Source: Octopus vulgaris
Lineage: Eukaryota
Reading direction: 5' to 3'
Assembly: GCA_951406725.2 (NCBI GenBank)
Contig: OX597825.1
Coordinates: forward strand, 11,160,001 to 11,224,000
DNA length: 64,000 bases
Shown: positions 49,699 to 61,935 of the stretch, in pieces
Position numbering within the stretch: position 1 is the stretch's first letter
Layout: each line of letters opens with the position of its first letter
The notes under the pieces: model-generated
Told to the model about the DNA's origin: nothing
Database searches by the model: none
The model's input: the letters and a program-made list of their open reading frames with translations, nothing else
Made by a program: the position numbers and the translations under genes

Positions 49699-51235
49699 GT
49701 GTGTGTGTTTGTGTGTCTGTGTTTGTCCCCCCTAGCATTGCTTGACAACCGATGCTGGTATGTTTATGTCCCCGTTACTTAGCGGTTCAGCAAAAGAGAC
49801 CGATAGAATAAGTACTGGGCTTACAAAAGAATAAGTGCCGGGGTCGAGTTGCTTGATTAAAGGCGGTGCTCTAGCATGGCCGCAGTCAGACTGAAACAAG
49901 TAAAAAAAAGGAAAATATATATATATATAAAACAACTATTAATGTTATAATTTGCTAAAATCCCTGTAACCAAAACCAACTAACAAAAGGATGAAAAATC
50001 AATGCACATTTTTAAAATTTGACAATCTACAGAAACTCTGTTCAATACTCTTATACATCATAACTAAATTATATTGTTTGAATGAGTGTTGAATAAATCC
50101 TCTTAAAAAACGTAATCAAAAATTGATTGACAACATCAGAAGAACCTAATGATTAAGCTTGTTTTGGGCTGGTAGCCAGCATTGACACTTCCGGAGAGAT
50201 TGTTCTTCAAATGTTGATTTGTTAAGCTTTGAACTACTTGTTAATGTTTGTTTAGTAGGACTGAACATCTTTAGATAACTGAATAAAGCTCTTCATTCAA
50301 TTTTTGTTGCTATAAATTATGTCAGACACTGATGTTCTGATTGCAGAATATAAAACCCTTTACATCTTATTAATATTTTCACTTGCATTTCCATCTTTAT
50401 TGCCTGTCTCCACTGTATCATTGTTGGCCACTGCTGACAACATGACCTCCTGCTTTCCTGCTTTTATTGATACTAATGTTGTCTTCACTCAAGGTGTCTT
50501 AAGGTCCCCTCATTTTAGCTGTATAATTATATGGGTTTTGTGTTCGATGTTATTTTCAGGACAGCCCTGATGAAGATCTATAATGATAGGCGCAGGAGTA
50601 GCTTCTTTACCAACCACATGGTTCCGGGTTCAGTCCCACTGCGTGGCACCTTGGGCAAGTGTCTTCTACTATAGCCTCGGGCCAACCAAAGCCTTGTGAG
50701 TGGATTTGGTAGACGGAAACTGAAAGAAGCCTGTCATATATGTGTATATATATGTGTGCGTTTATGTTTGTGTTTGTCCCCCTAGCATTGCTTGACAACC
50801 AATGCTGGTGTGTTTATGTCCCCGTCACCTAGCGGTTTGACAAAAGAGACCGATAGAATAAGTACTGGGCTTACAAAGAATAAGTCCCGGGGTCGAATTG
50901 CTCGATTAAAAAAAAGGCGATGCTCCAGCATGGCCGCAGTCAAATGACTGAAACAAGTAAAAGAGTAAAGGCATTCTAGCTGCAACTATTTTATCTTTTT
51001 ATCTAGAACTACATTATCCAAAGTATTTCTTTTTTTTTTTTTTTAAAGAAGGTAGTGTTTAATTTGAGATAGATTTGGCTGCAATTTTTAGCATGTTGAG
51101 ATACCATGTAAAGGCTCCTATGTTTCCTTCTGTGTTGGCCATTTGTTGAGTAAGGTGTATACAATGCTGTAGTAGATTGTGTTGTGTCACCCTCTGATTT
51201 CTACCAACATTATGGTGCCCCTATAAATATGGTAT

Positions 51236-51740
51236 TATCATCATCATCATCATCATCATCATCATTTAACGTCCATTTTCCATGCTAGCATGGGTTGGAC
51301 GGTTCAACTGGGGTCTGGGAAGCCAGAAGGCTGCGCCAGGCCCAGTCTGATCTGGCAGTGTTTCTACAGCTGGATGCCCTTCCTAACGCCAACCACTCCG
51401 AGAGTGTAGTGGGTGCTTTTTATGTGCCACCTGCACAGGTGCCAGACGAGGCTGGCAAACAGCCACGATCGGATGGTGCTTTTTACGTGCCACTGGCGCG
51501 GGGGCCAGACGAGGCTGGCAACGGCCACATCGGATGGTGCTTTTTATGTGCCACCGGCACGGAGGCTAGTCGGGCGGCGCTGGCAACGGCCACGTTCGGA
51601 TGGTTCTCTTAGGTGCCACCGGCCACGTTCGGATGGTTCTCTTACGTGCCACCGGCACTGGTATCTCAGCTACAATTTCCATTGATGTTGAAACATTTCG
51701 ATTTCGATTTTCACTTGCCTCAACAGGTCTTCACAAGTAG
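51236..51740 (-). mobile_element. RTE-type 3'-end repeat with internal ~60-bp tandem units
   Basis: Repeated acgtgccaccggc...cggatggtgctttt units; (CAT)n at the left end. Confidence 0.85.
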
Positions 51741-52232
51741 GGTTTGTGTCACAGTTTATTTTCATACTGCAGTAGCTAAACATCATCACCTTCCTCAAAT
51801 AAATTTCTTGCTTAATGTTCTATTTCTGTGAATGTAATACTGATTGATAACAATATTATGTGCCTTAAGCATATCCGTTATTTTTCTACATCACCAAAGG
51901 CATTCACATATAAAAAAAAAGTCTTTAAAATGACTTTGTACATAATTCTCTTTGTTAATAGATTCGGCTAATGTCTGATAAAATATAAATAAATCCCTAA
52001 CAAAACATTAAAAAGTAATTAAGAGAAAGTTGAGCAGGTAGATATTTCTATCCTGTAATGATAGTTTCAATGTAGCAAGATTTGAAGTAAAAATTGTAAA
52101 ACGATTTAAATTAGTGTAAGGTATTTTCTGTAAATATACACCAAATTCACGCATTAATGTACTTATATATAATATAATATAATATATTTGTGCAAATAGA
52201 AATTAATATTAAAATATATTTCTCTCTCACAG

Positions 52233-52419
52233 TATTCTGACAAATTAGACAAATTGTATGTGAGAATGGCTACCACATGTCCTGTCCGATTTAAGACATT
52301 ACAGACGCCTCCATCTGGCTGCCAGATTCGGGCAATGCCTATATACATGAAACCAGAACACGTTCAAGAAGTAGTAAAGAGATGTCCAAACCATGCAACC
52401 GCTAAGGAACATAATGAAA
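52233..52419 (+). CDS. p53: p53 DNA-binding domain exon ([20 protein letters not shown]...[16 protein letters not shown])
   Basis: Overlaps ORF 52254..52451; Zn ligands C and H in RCPNH; cacag acceptor and gtaagc donor. Confidence 0.98.
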
Positions 52420-52929
52420 GTAAGCACAATTTATGTTATAATATCTGGTGATTTGAGTATTTTTATCCATTTTATTACGTTATAATATCTGCTGATTTGA
52501 GTGTTTTTATTCATTTTATTGATTTTTTATTCATTAGTATATTAAACTGGAGTTTGGAAGATAATTTCATTGCAGATTTGTACTTAAAATTATGGTAATT
52601 TTATATAAATTTCTGTTAAGTTATTGGACTTTGTATCAAAGAATTAGTGGTAGTGTTAGGTGGATGGCATTAAAAGCATAAAAGGTTTTAGTGACTGACT
52701 AACAAATTTAGTTACATATCTTATTGAATCTCCAGGTTAATTTTGATTATTGCTTCACACCTATGAAATTTTTCTATTCTATGCAGTTTCATTTAAACAC
52801 ACAACTTTTTATTTTTGCGTTGTCTGAAAATTAAAATGTTTCTACTGCTTTAAAACTGTCATTTCATTATATGTGCCTCTTTTGATCAACAGCTTGTTAG
52901 TCATTTACACTTACATTCTATTATGGCAG

Positions 52930-53040
52930 ATCATCCAGCCCCTCTACACATTGTCAGATGTGAACATAAGTTAGCTAAGTATGAAGAAGATCTTTATAAC
53001 GGGCGTCAAAGTGTGTTAATACCACATGAAATGCCACAAG
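52930..53040 (+). CDS. p53: p53 DNA-binding domain exon ([36 protein letters not shown])
   Basis: gcag acceptor, G|gtaact donor, phase 1-1; H-I-V-R and GRQSV motifs. Confidence 0.97.
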
Positions 53041-53355
53041 GTAACTGCTGTTTTTAATTTTTTCAATATTATTCTACAAAAATTCAAAACCCAACTTTTG
53101 TTTTGTAATTATGTCAATAATGAGGACCTTGTTCGTTTTGTTAAGTTTGAAATACTTTTTGTAAGTAATCTGATTTGTTTCGTGATATTTTCTTGTAAAA
53201 TTCCCAGTAAATTCAAAGAGATGAATAGTAAATGATTTATTTAGAACACAAACCTTATAACTTATTTCTTTTTTTCTAAAGCTAATCTCATTTTAAATAT
53301 TACTGTCTTTAAATCCGGAACAGTTTGTCATGTGTATTATTTCATCCTCTCCTAG

Positions 53356-53461
53356 CGGGCTCCGAGTGGGTGATCAACTTATACCAGTTCATGTGTCTTG
53401 GTTCTTGTGTTGGAGGTCCAAACAGAAGGCCTATACAACTAGTATTTACACTGGAAAAAGA
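53356..53461 (+). CDS. p53: p53 DNA-binding domain exon ([34 protein letters not shown])
   Basis: Loop L3 with two Zn-ligand cysteines and the R248/R249 equivalents; cctag acceptor and gtaagt donor. Confidence 0.98.
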
Positions 53462-53927
53462 GTAAGTTTACCTTCTATCTTTCATAGTATAGATTTATGT
53501 AATTTATTTTTACCTTATAAGAAAAAACAGTAAAATTGTCAATTTTGCATTTGTTGTAAAAGAAATTTTGTCTTTCATAGTTATCTCTGTAAATTTTCTA
53601 TAGAAATTATAACCAGCACTGATTTATTAGGATGTTTCATATGCAGTTGAGGGTGGGGGAAAATAGTTAATGAGTGTAGAGATAACCTTAAAAAGTGATT
53701 TAATAGCATAGCTTACATGGTAGGACTTGTGTGAAACCTTTAATGTACTTGATAGTATATTACAGTTGCATAACGAAATATGGTGTCCCTACAGGTAATT
53801 AATTTCTCTTTTATATGAATTTGGAAGAGAAATATAAATTCAGAGACTAATATAATTTTTTAAATATTTAACTGTATTTAAGAAAATATTTCAATAGCTG
53901 TATTTTGAATTGTTTTTTACTTTTCAG

Positions 53928-54046
53928 TAATCAAGTGTTAGGGCGACGGGCTGTTGAAGTTAGAATATGTGCGTGCCCTGGGAGAGACAGAAAAGCTGAT
54001 GAAAAAGCTGCTTGTTCACCTGCAAAACCTCCAAGCCCGCAAAAAA
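53928..54046 (+). CDS. p53: p53 DNA-binding domain C-terminal exon ([39 protein letters not shown])
   Basis: R273, C277 and R280 equivalents; tttcag acceptor and gtaaga donor. Confidence 0.98.
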
Positions 54047-54521
54047 GTAAGAAGGGTGATTTTCTTAATTTTGCAACAGTTTGATTGTTCTTACAAGTAT
54101 AGAGTGAGTTTGACTCAAGGATTTTAGTCGAGGTAACTTGTTTTGATCAGTTTGGATTTGTGCATGCAAGTCATAATGAATGAAGGTAAACTTTTTAATC
54201 CTTATTATAGAATGGTGGTGGTTGATTATATATCAGTGGTAGTATTAATTCAGTTGTGAATATACCTTGGGGTGATATTTTAATTTGTAATAATAGCTCA
54301 TGTAGCAATTGTTAATATATGTAACACATATTTGACAGATTTGGGAATCTATTATCAAAGATGTTGAGGAATCTGTAATACGGTGTTAGGAAAATTTTGA
54401 TGCTATGCTAGGGTAGTTTGATTGGGAAATATTGCTGATAGTTAATTTCTCTGAGAATTTATGCCAAATCTGTTTACTTATTTTGTGTCTGTGCAATAAA
54501 TTATGTGACTCTTTGTTCCAG

Positions 54522-54616
54522 ATGGGTTTGCTCAGAGATCATTATTAATCACAAACGACATAACAAAAGTAGCACCAAAAAAGAGAAAAATTGATGACGA
54601 AGTATTCACACTTAAA
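54522..54616 (+). CDS. p53: p53 linker/NLS exon (GFAQRSLLITNDITKVAPKKRKIDDEVFTLK)
   Basis: PKKRK NLS and the beta-strand of the tetramerisation domain; ttccag acceptor and gtaagt donor. Confidence 0.95.
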
Positions 54617-54685
54617 GTAAGTGGGTTTCAAAAGCATTTTGATTAAATCAAAGAGAAATATAGAGATAAAATAAAGAGAAGAGAA

Positions 54686-54865
54686 GTGTGTGTGTGTCTG
54701 TCTCTGTCTGTCTGTGTGTGTTTGTGTGTGTGTGTGTGTGTGTATGTATGTGTGTATATGTGTGTGTGCATGTGTGTGTATTTTCTACAATAAAAATCTA
54801 TATTTCTTTTATTTTCTACAATAAAAATACACACACACACACACGCTCTCACACACACACACGCT

Positions 54866-54943
<78 letters not shown>
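54686..54943. repeat. (TG)n and (CA)n microsatellites in inverted arrangement
   Basis: (TG)n at 54686-54780, a short spacer, then (CA)n at 54829-54943. Confidence 0.95.
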
Positions 54944-54946
<3 letters not shown>

Positions 54947-55427
54947 CTCCTCTCCTCTCCTCTTGATTCAGACATAGCATTTAGCCCTAATACATTTCTG
55001 AAAGGAGAAAAAAAAAATTTCTTTGTCTTACTGTAATTAATTAATTTTTTTTTTTAAGCATTGTATTTATTATATTGGTGTCATTTGCCAAGCTGTCATG
55101 AAGGACAAATACATAAATTTATAGACACAACACACATATATATATAAAATGGTATTCTTTCAGTTTCCGTTGGCCAAATCCACTCACAAGGCTTTCGTGA
55201 GCCCAAAGCTATAGAAGAAGGCATTGAATCTGGGGCCAGGTGGTTGGGGAGCAAACTTCTTGGAATCAGCATTGTCATTATTATTATTATTATTAATTTG
55301 AACCTCAAAGGTCATTAGGTTTTTCCTCCCCTTACTATTGGCTGCAGTTGTTTATGATTACCATTATTATTTAGAAAAAGACTTTACTTCAGTCCACTCA
55401 CTTAATTATTCTTTCTATTTTAAATAG

Positions 55428-55534
55428 GTGAGAGGGCGAGATAATTATGAGGTGCTTAGTAAGATACGTGATGCAATGGAATTAGCTGCTCGAATCCCAG
55501 AACCAGAACGCCTATTATACAAACAAGAAAGACA
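55428..55534 (+). CDS. p53: p53 tetramerisation domain exon (VRGRDNYEVLSKIRDAMELAARIPEPERLLYKQER)
   Basis: RGR.NYE.L..IRD.MEL helix plus the p63/p73-type second helix; aatag acceptor and CA|gtgagt donor. Confidence 0.96.
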
Positions 55535-57702
55535 GTGAGTAACTGTTTCATCCACACTTTATATATATATATGTATATATATATAAAATGTTAGTTTATT
55601 TCTTTTGAACCAAATTAGAAAATATTCTTAAGCTTGTCTGTTTGCGTACACGGAGCTATATTATTAAACCTGCGAAGTTTGAATGTATATTTGGAAAATT
55701 TCATAGACTGTTTATGTATTTACTTCAAACCAATGAACCACTTGTAAATTATTAAGTATAAAATTGCTTTGTTTATAAGTAGTTTTGTGTAAATGTTCTC
55801 ATCAAAAATTTTTAACTTCTCTTCATTGTTTTCCTGTTTCTTTCCTCTTTTCGCATATTCTCACTTATTTTAATTCTCTCTATTTTATTCTTGACTTTTA
55901 TGTTTGCTTTTTGTGGCTCAAAAGTTTCTCAAATATTTGAATAAATTAAAAAAAAGAGTCTTAACTTTTCTATTCACAGTAATTCATTAGTAGACATTTT
56001 GAAGATGGTTTTTTGACAGTCTAATTTAGTTCTAAGTTTCCTAACACTGATTTTTACCTTTCTTAAAAAAACTTTTTGCAACATAAAAAAAAAAAAAACT
56101 ACGAAAGGAATATTTCGATGTATAAAAGACAAAAAAAGTGTTATAGTCTGATATCCTAGTTAAATGAGAGAAGTTTGTTGTAGTGTTTTATTCATTAAGA
56201 AAACAAAGAAAATTACTGTTCCATGTGCAATCTGTTGTTTTATGCTATTTTCCGTAGTATTATTGTTTTCTGTGTATGTATTATATGTATGTGTGTATGT
56301 CCAGCCTATATCACCATGAAAAGTGGGCATTATCTGATGATATATATCATCATCATTTAACGTCCGTTTTCCATGCTAGCATGGGTTGGACGATTTTGAC
56401 TGAGGGCTGGCAACCAGATGGCTGCACCAGGCTCCAGTCTTGATCTGGCAGAGTTTCTACAGCTGGATGCCCTTCCTAACGCCAACCACTTCGAGGGTGT
56501 AGTGGGTGCTTTTTACGCGCCACCTGCACGGGGGCCAGTCAGGCGGTACTGGCAATGACCTCGCTCGAATCTTTTTGCAGGTGCCAGTGAAGAGACGTTG
56601 GTAACGATCACGCTCGAATGGTGCCCTTTTATGTGCCACAGGTAAGGACCCCAGTTGGCTGCTCTGGCAACGATCACGCTTGGATGGTGTTCTTGGCACC
56701 CTACTAGCACAGGCATAAGTGCCAGTAAGGCGATGCTGGTAATGATCATATATATATATACATACACACACACACACATATAGCCACATTTGCGTGTAGA
56801 TGTGATGATTGCCGATTCTTTATAGAAGGCCATCGCTTCAATTAGTAAATGCCTTTGTGAGATCTCATATTGGTAGCACCTTACGATGTCGAAGACTGTG
56901 AGCAGATGACAGAAAATCAGGTGGTTTGGAAATAAGTGATCTGCAATGGTTTTCAAGCATGTGAAACACCGAATAAGAGGCTTAAAACAAGCACTTCACA
57001 AGCAACAATTGTGTGTGTATATATATTTGTATATATTCATGTATGTATATATATTTCTATATATTCATGTATGTATGTATGTATATATATATATGTATGT
57101 ATGTATCATCATCACATATGTATATGTTTGTATATGTATGTATGTATGTATGTATATATGTATGTATATATGTATATGTTTGTATATATATATGTATATA
57201 CGTGGAGGCACAATGGCCCTGTGGTCAGGGCAGCAGACTCGTGGTCACAGAATCGCAGTTTCGATTCCCAGACTGGACATTGTGAGTGTTTATTGATCAA
57301 AAACACCTAAAATTCCACAAGGCTATAGCAGGCGGGTGATGGAGATCCCTGCTGTACTCATTCACCACAACTTTCTGTCAATCTGTTGGCCTGCTTGCTT
57401 AGCCAGTGGAGTGGCGTCATTTGATGGCTAAAACAATGTGAAGCGCATTGGTAAATGGGGACAGTGGCTAATGGACTGGCGCTTAATGGCCGAAGGAGTT
57501 ATACCATAAATTACTGGTCAATTCTTTTCTCTTTCCTTTGTATTTTTTGTCTTTGAAGATGTTTATTAAATCCAATGAGGTAAATGTAAATTTACCCCAT
57601 TTTGATAAACAAACAGCAGTAAAAATGCCCCTAATTCCGTTAAACAATGACATTAAAACACTTGTCATTGTTAATTATTGCGCCATTTCTGTTTTGTCCC
57701 TT

Positions 57703-57735
<33 letters not shown>

Positions 57736-57929
57736 GTACATATCTGTGTATATGTATATATATATATATATATGTGTGCAATGCAGGCAGCTGACCGGAT
57801 GGATTCTTATAACATTTTTGAACAAGAGATCAGGAAACCATGATGGTCCTCTGGAGGACACTTGTCGTAAGCCACTTTGACTATTGCTCTTAGCTATGTT
57901 CACCAACCAGTGTCAATTAAATTGCAGAA

Positions 57930-58455
57930 CTTGAGGCAATCCAACGAAGCTACGCAAAGAAGATATCCTTTTTGCAGCATATAAGCTACTGGGAAAGACT
58001 CAAGAGATTAAAACTCTATTCCTTAGAGCATAGGTGAGAAAGCTATGCCACAATATACATCTGGAAGATCCTGGAGGGACTTTTCCAAACTTTGGCATCG
58101 AGAATTACACAAATACTACAACAGTGCGCCACTGCATAGTGCCAAGGACTCCAAATTTGCCACCAAGATATAGGACAAGATACTGTAATAGCCTGGTCTT
58201 CAGGGGACCACAGCTCTTCAAAATGCTTCTGAAGGACCTGAGAAGCCTGCATGGGGTGGATGTAGGTGTCTTCAAATGGACATTTTACTGTCAAGTGTCC
58301 CAGATGAACCAACTTCACGGCTGATGAGGTGGTGCTAGGGCAGCACACCAAATGTCAATTTCCAAAAAGCATTAGTGAAGTAATATTATGTAGCAGAACT
58401 AAATGTCAGTGCTGCAGCATGGCCACTGCCCATGAGCTGAAACTATCTCAAATCA
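57930..58455 (+). mobile_element. CR1-clade LINE 3' fragment
   Basis: SYWERLKRLKLYSLE..IYIWKILEG..SLVFRGPQLF with frameshifts. Confidence 0.8.
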
Positions 58456-58459
58456 AATC

Positions 58460-58755
58460 ATATGGATTTACATATATATATATGGGTGTATATGTATATA
58501 CATGTATATGAATATACATTTATATATACATATATATATGTATATGCATATATATGTATATGCATATATATATCATCATCATCATTTAGCGTCCGCTTTC
58601 CATGCTGGCATGGGTTGGACGGTTCAACCGGGGTCTGTGAAGCCAGAAGGCTGCATCAGGCCCAGTCTGATCTGGCAGTGTTTCTACGGTCGGATGCCCT
58701 TCCTAACGCCAACCACTCTGAGTGTAGTGGGTGCTTTTTACGTGCCACCCGGCAC

Positions 58756-58795
<40 letters not shown>

Positions 58796-59498
58796 CTATG
58801 TATGTATATGCATGTATGTATATGCATATAAGTATATGTATATACTTATGTTTATACATATATGTAGATGTATATACTTATGTTTATACATATATGTAGA
58901 TGCATACATGTATGTTTATGCATATACATTTATGTATATGCATATATGTGTATGAATACATGTATATCACCATCATCATCGTTTGATGTCTGTCTTCCAT
59001 GCTAGCATGGGTTGTATATATATATGTATATGTGTATATATATGTATATCTATATATATATGGATATATCATGTATATGTATATATGTATATGTGTATAT
59101 GTGTATATGTATATATATATCTATATATCTATATATATGGATATATCATATATATATATGTGTGTGTGTATATGTGTATATGTATGTATATATGTGATAT
59201 ATCTATACGTATATATGTGCATATGTATATATACATGTGTATATATCTATATATACGTATATATATGTGTGTATGTATGTATTTATATGTATGTATTTAT
59301 ATATATGTATGTATTTGTATGTATTTATATGTATGTATGTATACATATGTTTGTGTACATATAAGTATTTGTATATGTATATGTATGTATACATATGTGT
59401 ATGTATTCATATATATATATATATGTATGGATATATATACATATATATATATATGTATAGATATATATGTAAATAAATATATATGTATGGATAGACAT

Positions 59499-59536
<38 letters not shown>

Positions 59537-59671
59537 CTGTCATCATCATCATCATCGTTTAACGTCCGTTCTCCATGCTAGCATGGGTTGGACGGTTCCC
59601 GGGGATCTGGAAAGCCAGAACCCCGGTCGAACTGTCCAACCCATGCTAGCATGGAGAACGGATGTTATATA

Positions 59672-59704
<33 letters not shown>

Positions 59705-59750
59705 GTATCTATATATAATTATGTACATATATATGTACTTTTGTATATGT
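58460..59750. repeat. large (TA)/(TG) low-complexity microsatellite field
   Basis: Direct reading; similar fields at 57010-57200 and 60645-61000. Confidence 0.95.
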
Positions 59751-60268
59751 GCGAGGTTGGGTCAAAAAGTAATGCCATTTTGTTTACGATGGGTATAATT
59801 ACCAACACTGTGTCATACATATACTCCTCTGTATAATCACCATTTCTCTCAATAGCAATGTTCCACCTTCGAATGGGAGCATTTATCCCTGCCCTGTAAA
59901 ATTCTGTTGACTGTTCTTTGAGCCACTTCTTCACTACAGTTTTCCCTTCCTCGTTACTGGAATAATGTTTGCCTTTGAAACCCTCTTTCACGGGGCTGAA
60001 GAAATGATAGTCTGACGGTGCTAATTCTGGTGAATATGGTGGATGTGGTAAAATTGTCCACCCGAATGTGGCGATTGCCTCCCTGGGCGAGCATTATCAT
60101 GCAGAAAGAGGACATTGTCGATTGGCAAGTTGGGTATTACTTGTTGGACCCTTATTCTGAGCCTCGTGAGGCTCTCTGTGTAGGCCTTAGAGATTATTAT
60201 TTTTCCTTTTGGCAAGAAATCGACCAAAATGACACCTTGAGCATCCCAAAAGACAGTTGCTATGATTT
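59751..60268 (-). mobile_element. mariner (Tc1/mariner) transposase remnant
   Basis: FLHDNARP, a YSP.LAPSDYHF remnant, and GKHYSSNEE..KKWLKEQSTEFYRAGI...RRWNIAIERNGDY.E. Confidence 0.88.
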
Positions 60269-60870
60269 AGAGTATATATATATATACTCTTTACTCTTTT
60301 ACTTGTTTCAGTCATTTGACTGGCCATGCTGGAACACCGCCTTTAGTCAAGCAAATCGACCCCAGAACTTATTCTTTGTAAGCCTAGTACTTATTCTATC
60401 GGTCTCTTTTGCCGAACCCCTAAGTTATGGGCACGTAATCATCAACATCAGCTGTGAAGCGATGTTAGGGGGACAAATACAGACACACTAACATATACAC
60501 ACACATACATATATACGACAGGCTTCTTTCAGTTTCTGTCTACCAAATCCACTCACAAGGTTTTGGTCGGCCTGAGGCTATAGTAGAAGAAACTTGCCCA
60601 AGGTGCCACGCAGTGGGACTGAACCGTGAACCTGGTTGGTAAGCAATGTATATGTGTATGTTTAAATAAGTATATGTGTATATATATGCATATGTATAGA
60701 TATGTGTGTATATATCTATATGTATGTGTATACATACGTTTATATATACATGTGTGTATATATGCATTTATATACATGTATGTGTGCATATACGTATGTA
60801 TATATGTTTATATGCATGTATATATGTGTGTATACTTATATACGTATATATATGTGTGTATATATTCATA

Positions 60871-60925
<55 letters not shown>

Positions 60926-60995
60926 TGTGTATGTATGTGTGTGTGTATATATTTATATATATATGTGTATATATTTATATATATATGTGTATATA

Positions 60996-61450
60996 TTTAT
61001 GCCTTAATATACATCTGGAAGATCCTAGAAGGACTTGTCCCAAACTTTGGCATCGAGAGTTACACAAATGCCAGAACTGGGCACCACTGCATAGTGCCAA
61101 GGACTCCAAATTTGCCATCAAGATGTAGGACAAGATACTGTGATAGCCTGGGCTTCCGAGGCCCACAGCTCTTCAATATCCTCCCGAAGAACCTAAGAGA
61201 CCTGCATGGGGTGGATGCAGATGTCTTTAAAATGAAACTGGATCTCTTCTTGTCAGGTGTCCCAGATGAACCAACTTCACGGCAGGAGGTGCAGATGAGG
61301 GCAGCTGCATCGAACTCTCTCATGCACCAGATGGCATTTGCTAAAAAGCATTCGTGAAGTAAAATCATGTAGCTACACCAAATGGCAGTGCCCCAGCATG
61401 GCCACAGCTTGTGAGCTGAAACTAAATAAAATAAAAAAAATAAAATAAAA
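60996..61450 (+). mobile_element. CR1-clade LINE 3' end with A-rich tail
   Basis: IYIWKILEGLVPNFG..GPQLFNILPKNLR..FKMKLDLFLSGVPDEP; tail (TAAAA)n; a short tail-only copy sits at ~46070-46130. Confidence 0.85.
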
Positions 61451-61935
61451 TACTGCTGTAGTTTTGGTGTAGCTATTATGGCCAAGGCTGCTTATGTCTA
61501 AATCTTTACTGAAGACATTTATCACTGCTATTTATCACAGTAGTTTTAAGTAATATTTATTGTGTCCTTGTAATGGGTAATTTTCTTGGTTCATTGCATA
61601 TTCCAGTTCCAACACACCTTGAATGTAACATGTTCAACAGACTTCATAACATGTTCAACAGTTTTTCTAACACATCTACAACTATGAGCTTCCATTGACA
61701 GTATTTATTTCAGGAACTTACACAAGGCAGAGCTTACTAACTATTCTTCTAATGATGAAGCCACCTGCTAAAAGTAGTTTTAGGATTATGTGAGCCGCCT
61801 TCACCTGTAGCCAGATGGAAATGTCCGTCTCTATTGATGTAGATTTGTTTTCCTTCTCTTTCTTTCTTCACTTCTTATTTCTTTTCTCAACATTTCTTCC
61901 CTGTAAATATTTTACCGTCGGCTAAATTCTTGCAG

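Noticed and set aside
51400-51660. CRISPR-like repeat-spacer pattern
   Set aside because: These are degenerate tandem units inside a LINE-derived repeat in eukaryotic DNA; the spacers resemble each other and there are no cas genes.
58462-59836. Long ORFs rich in Y/I/M/C/V (e.g. 271 aa at 58983..59798)
   Set aside because: They are translations of TA/TG microsatellites that happen to lack stop codons.
60626-61357. 243-aa ORF as a possible gene
   Set aside because: Microsatellite read-through fused to a CR1 LINE 3' fragment.
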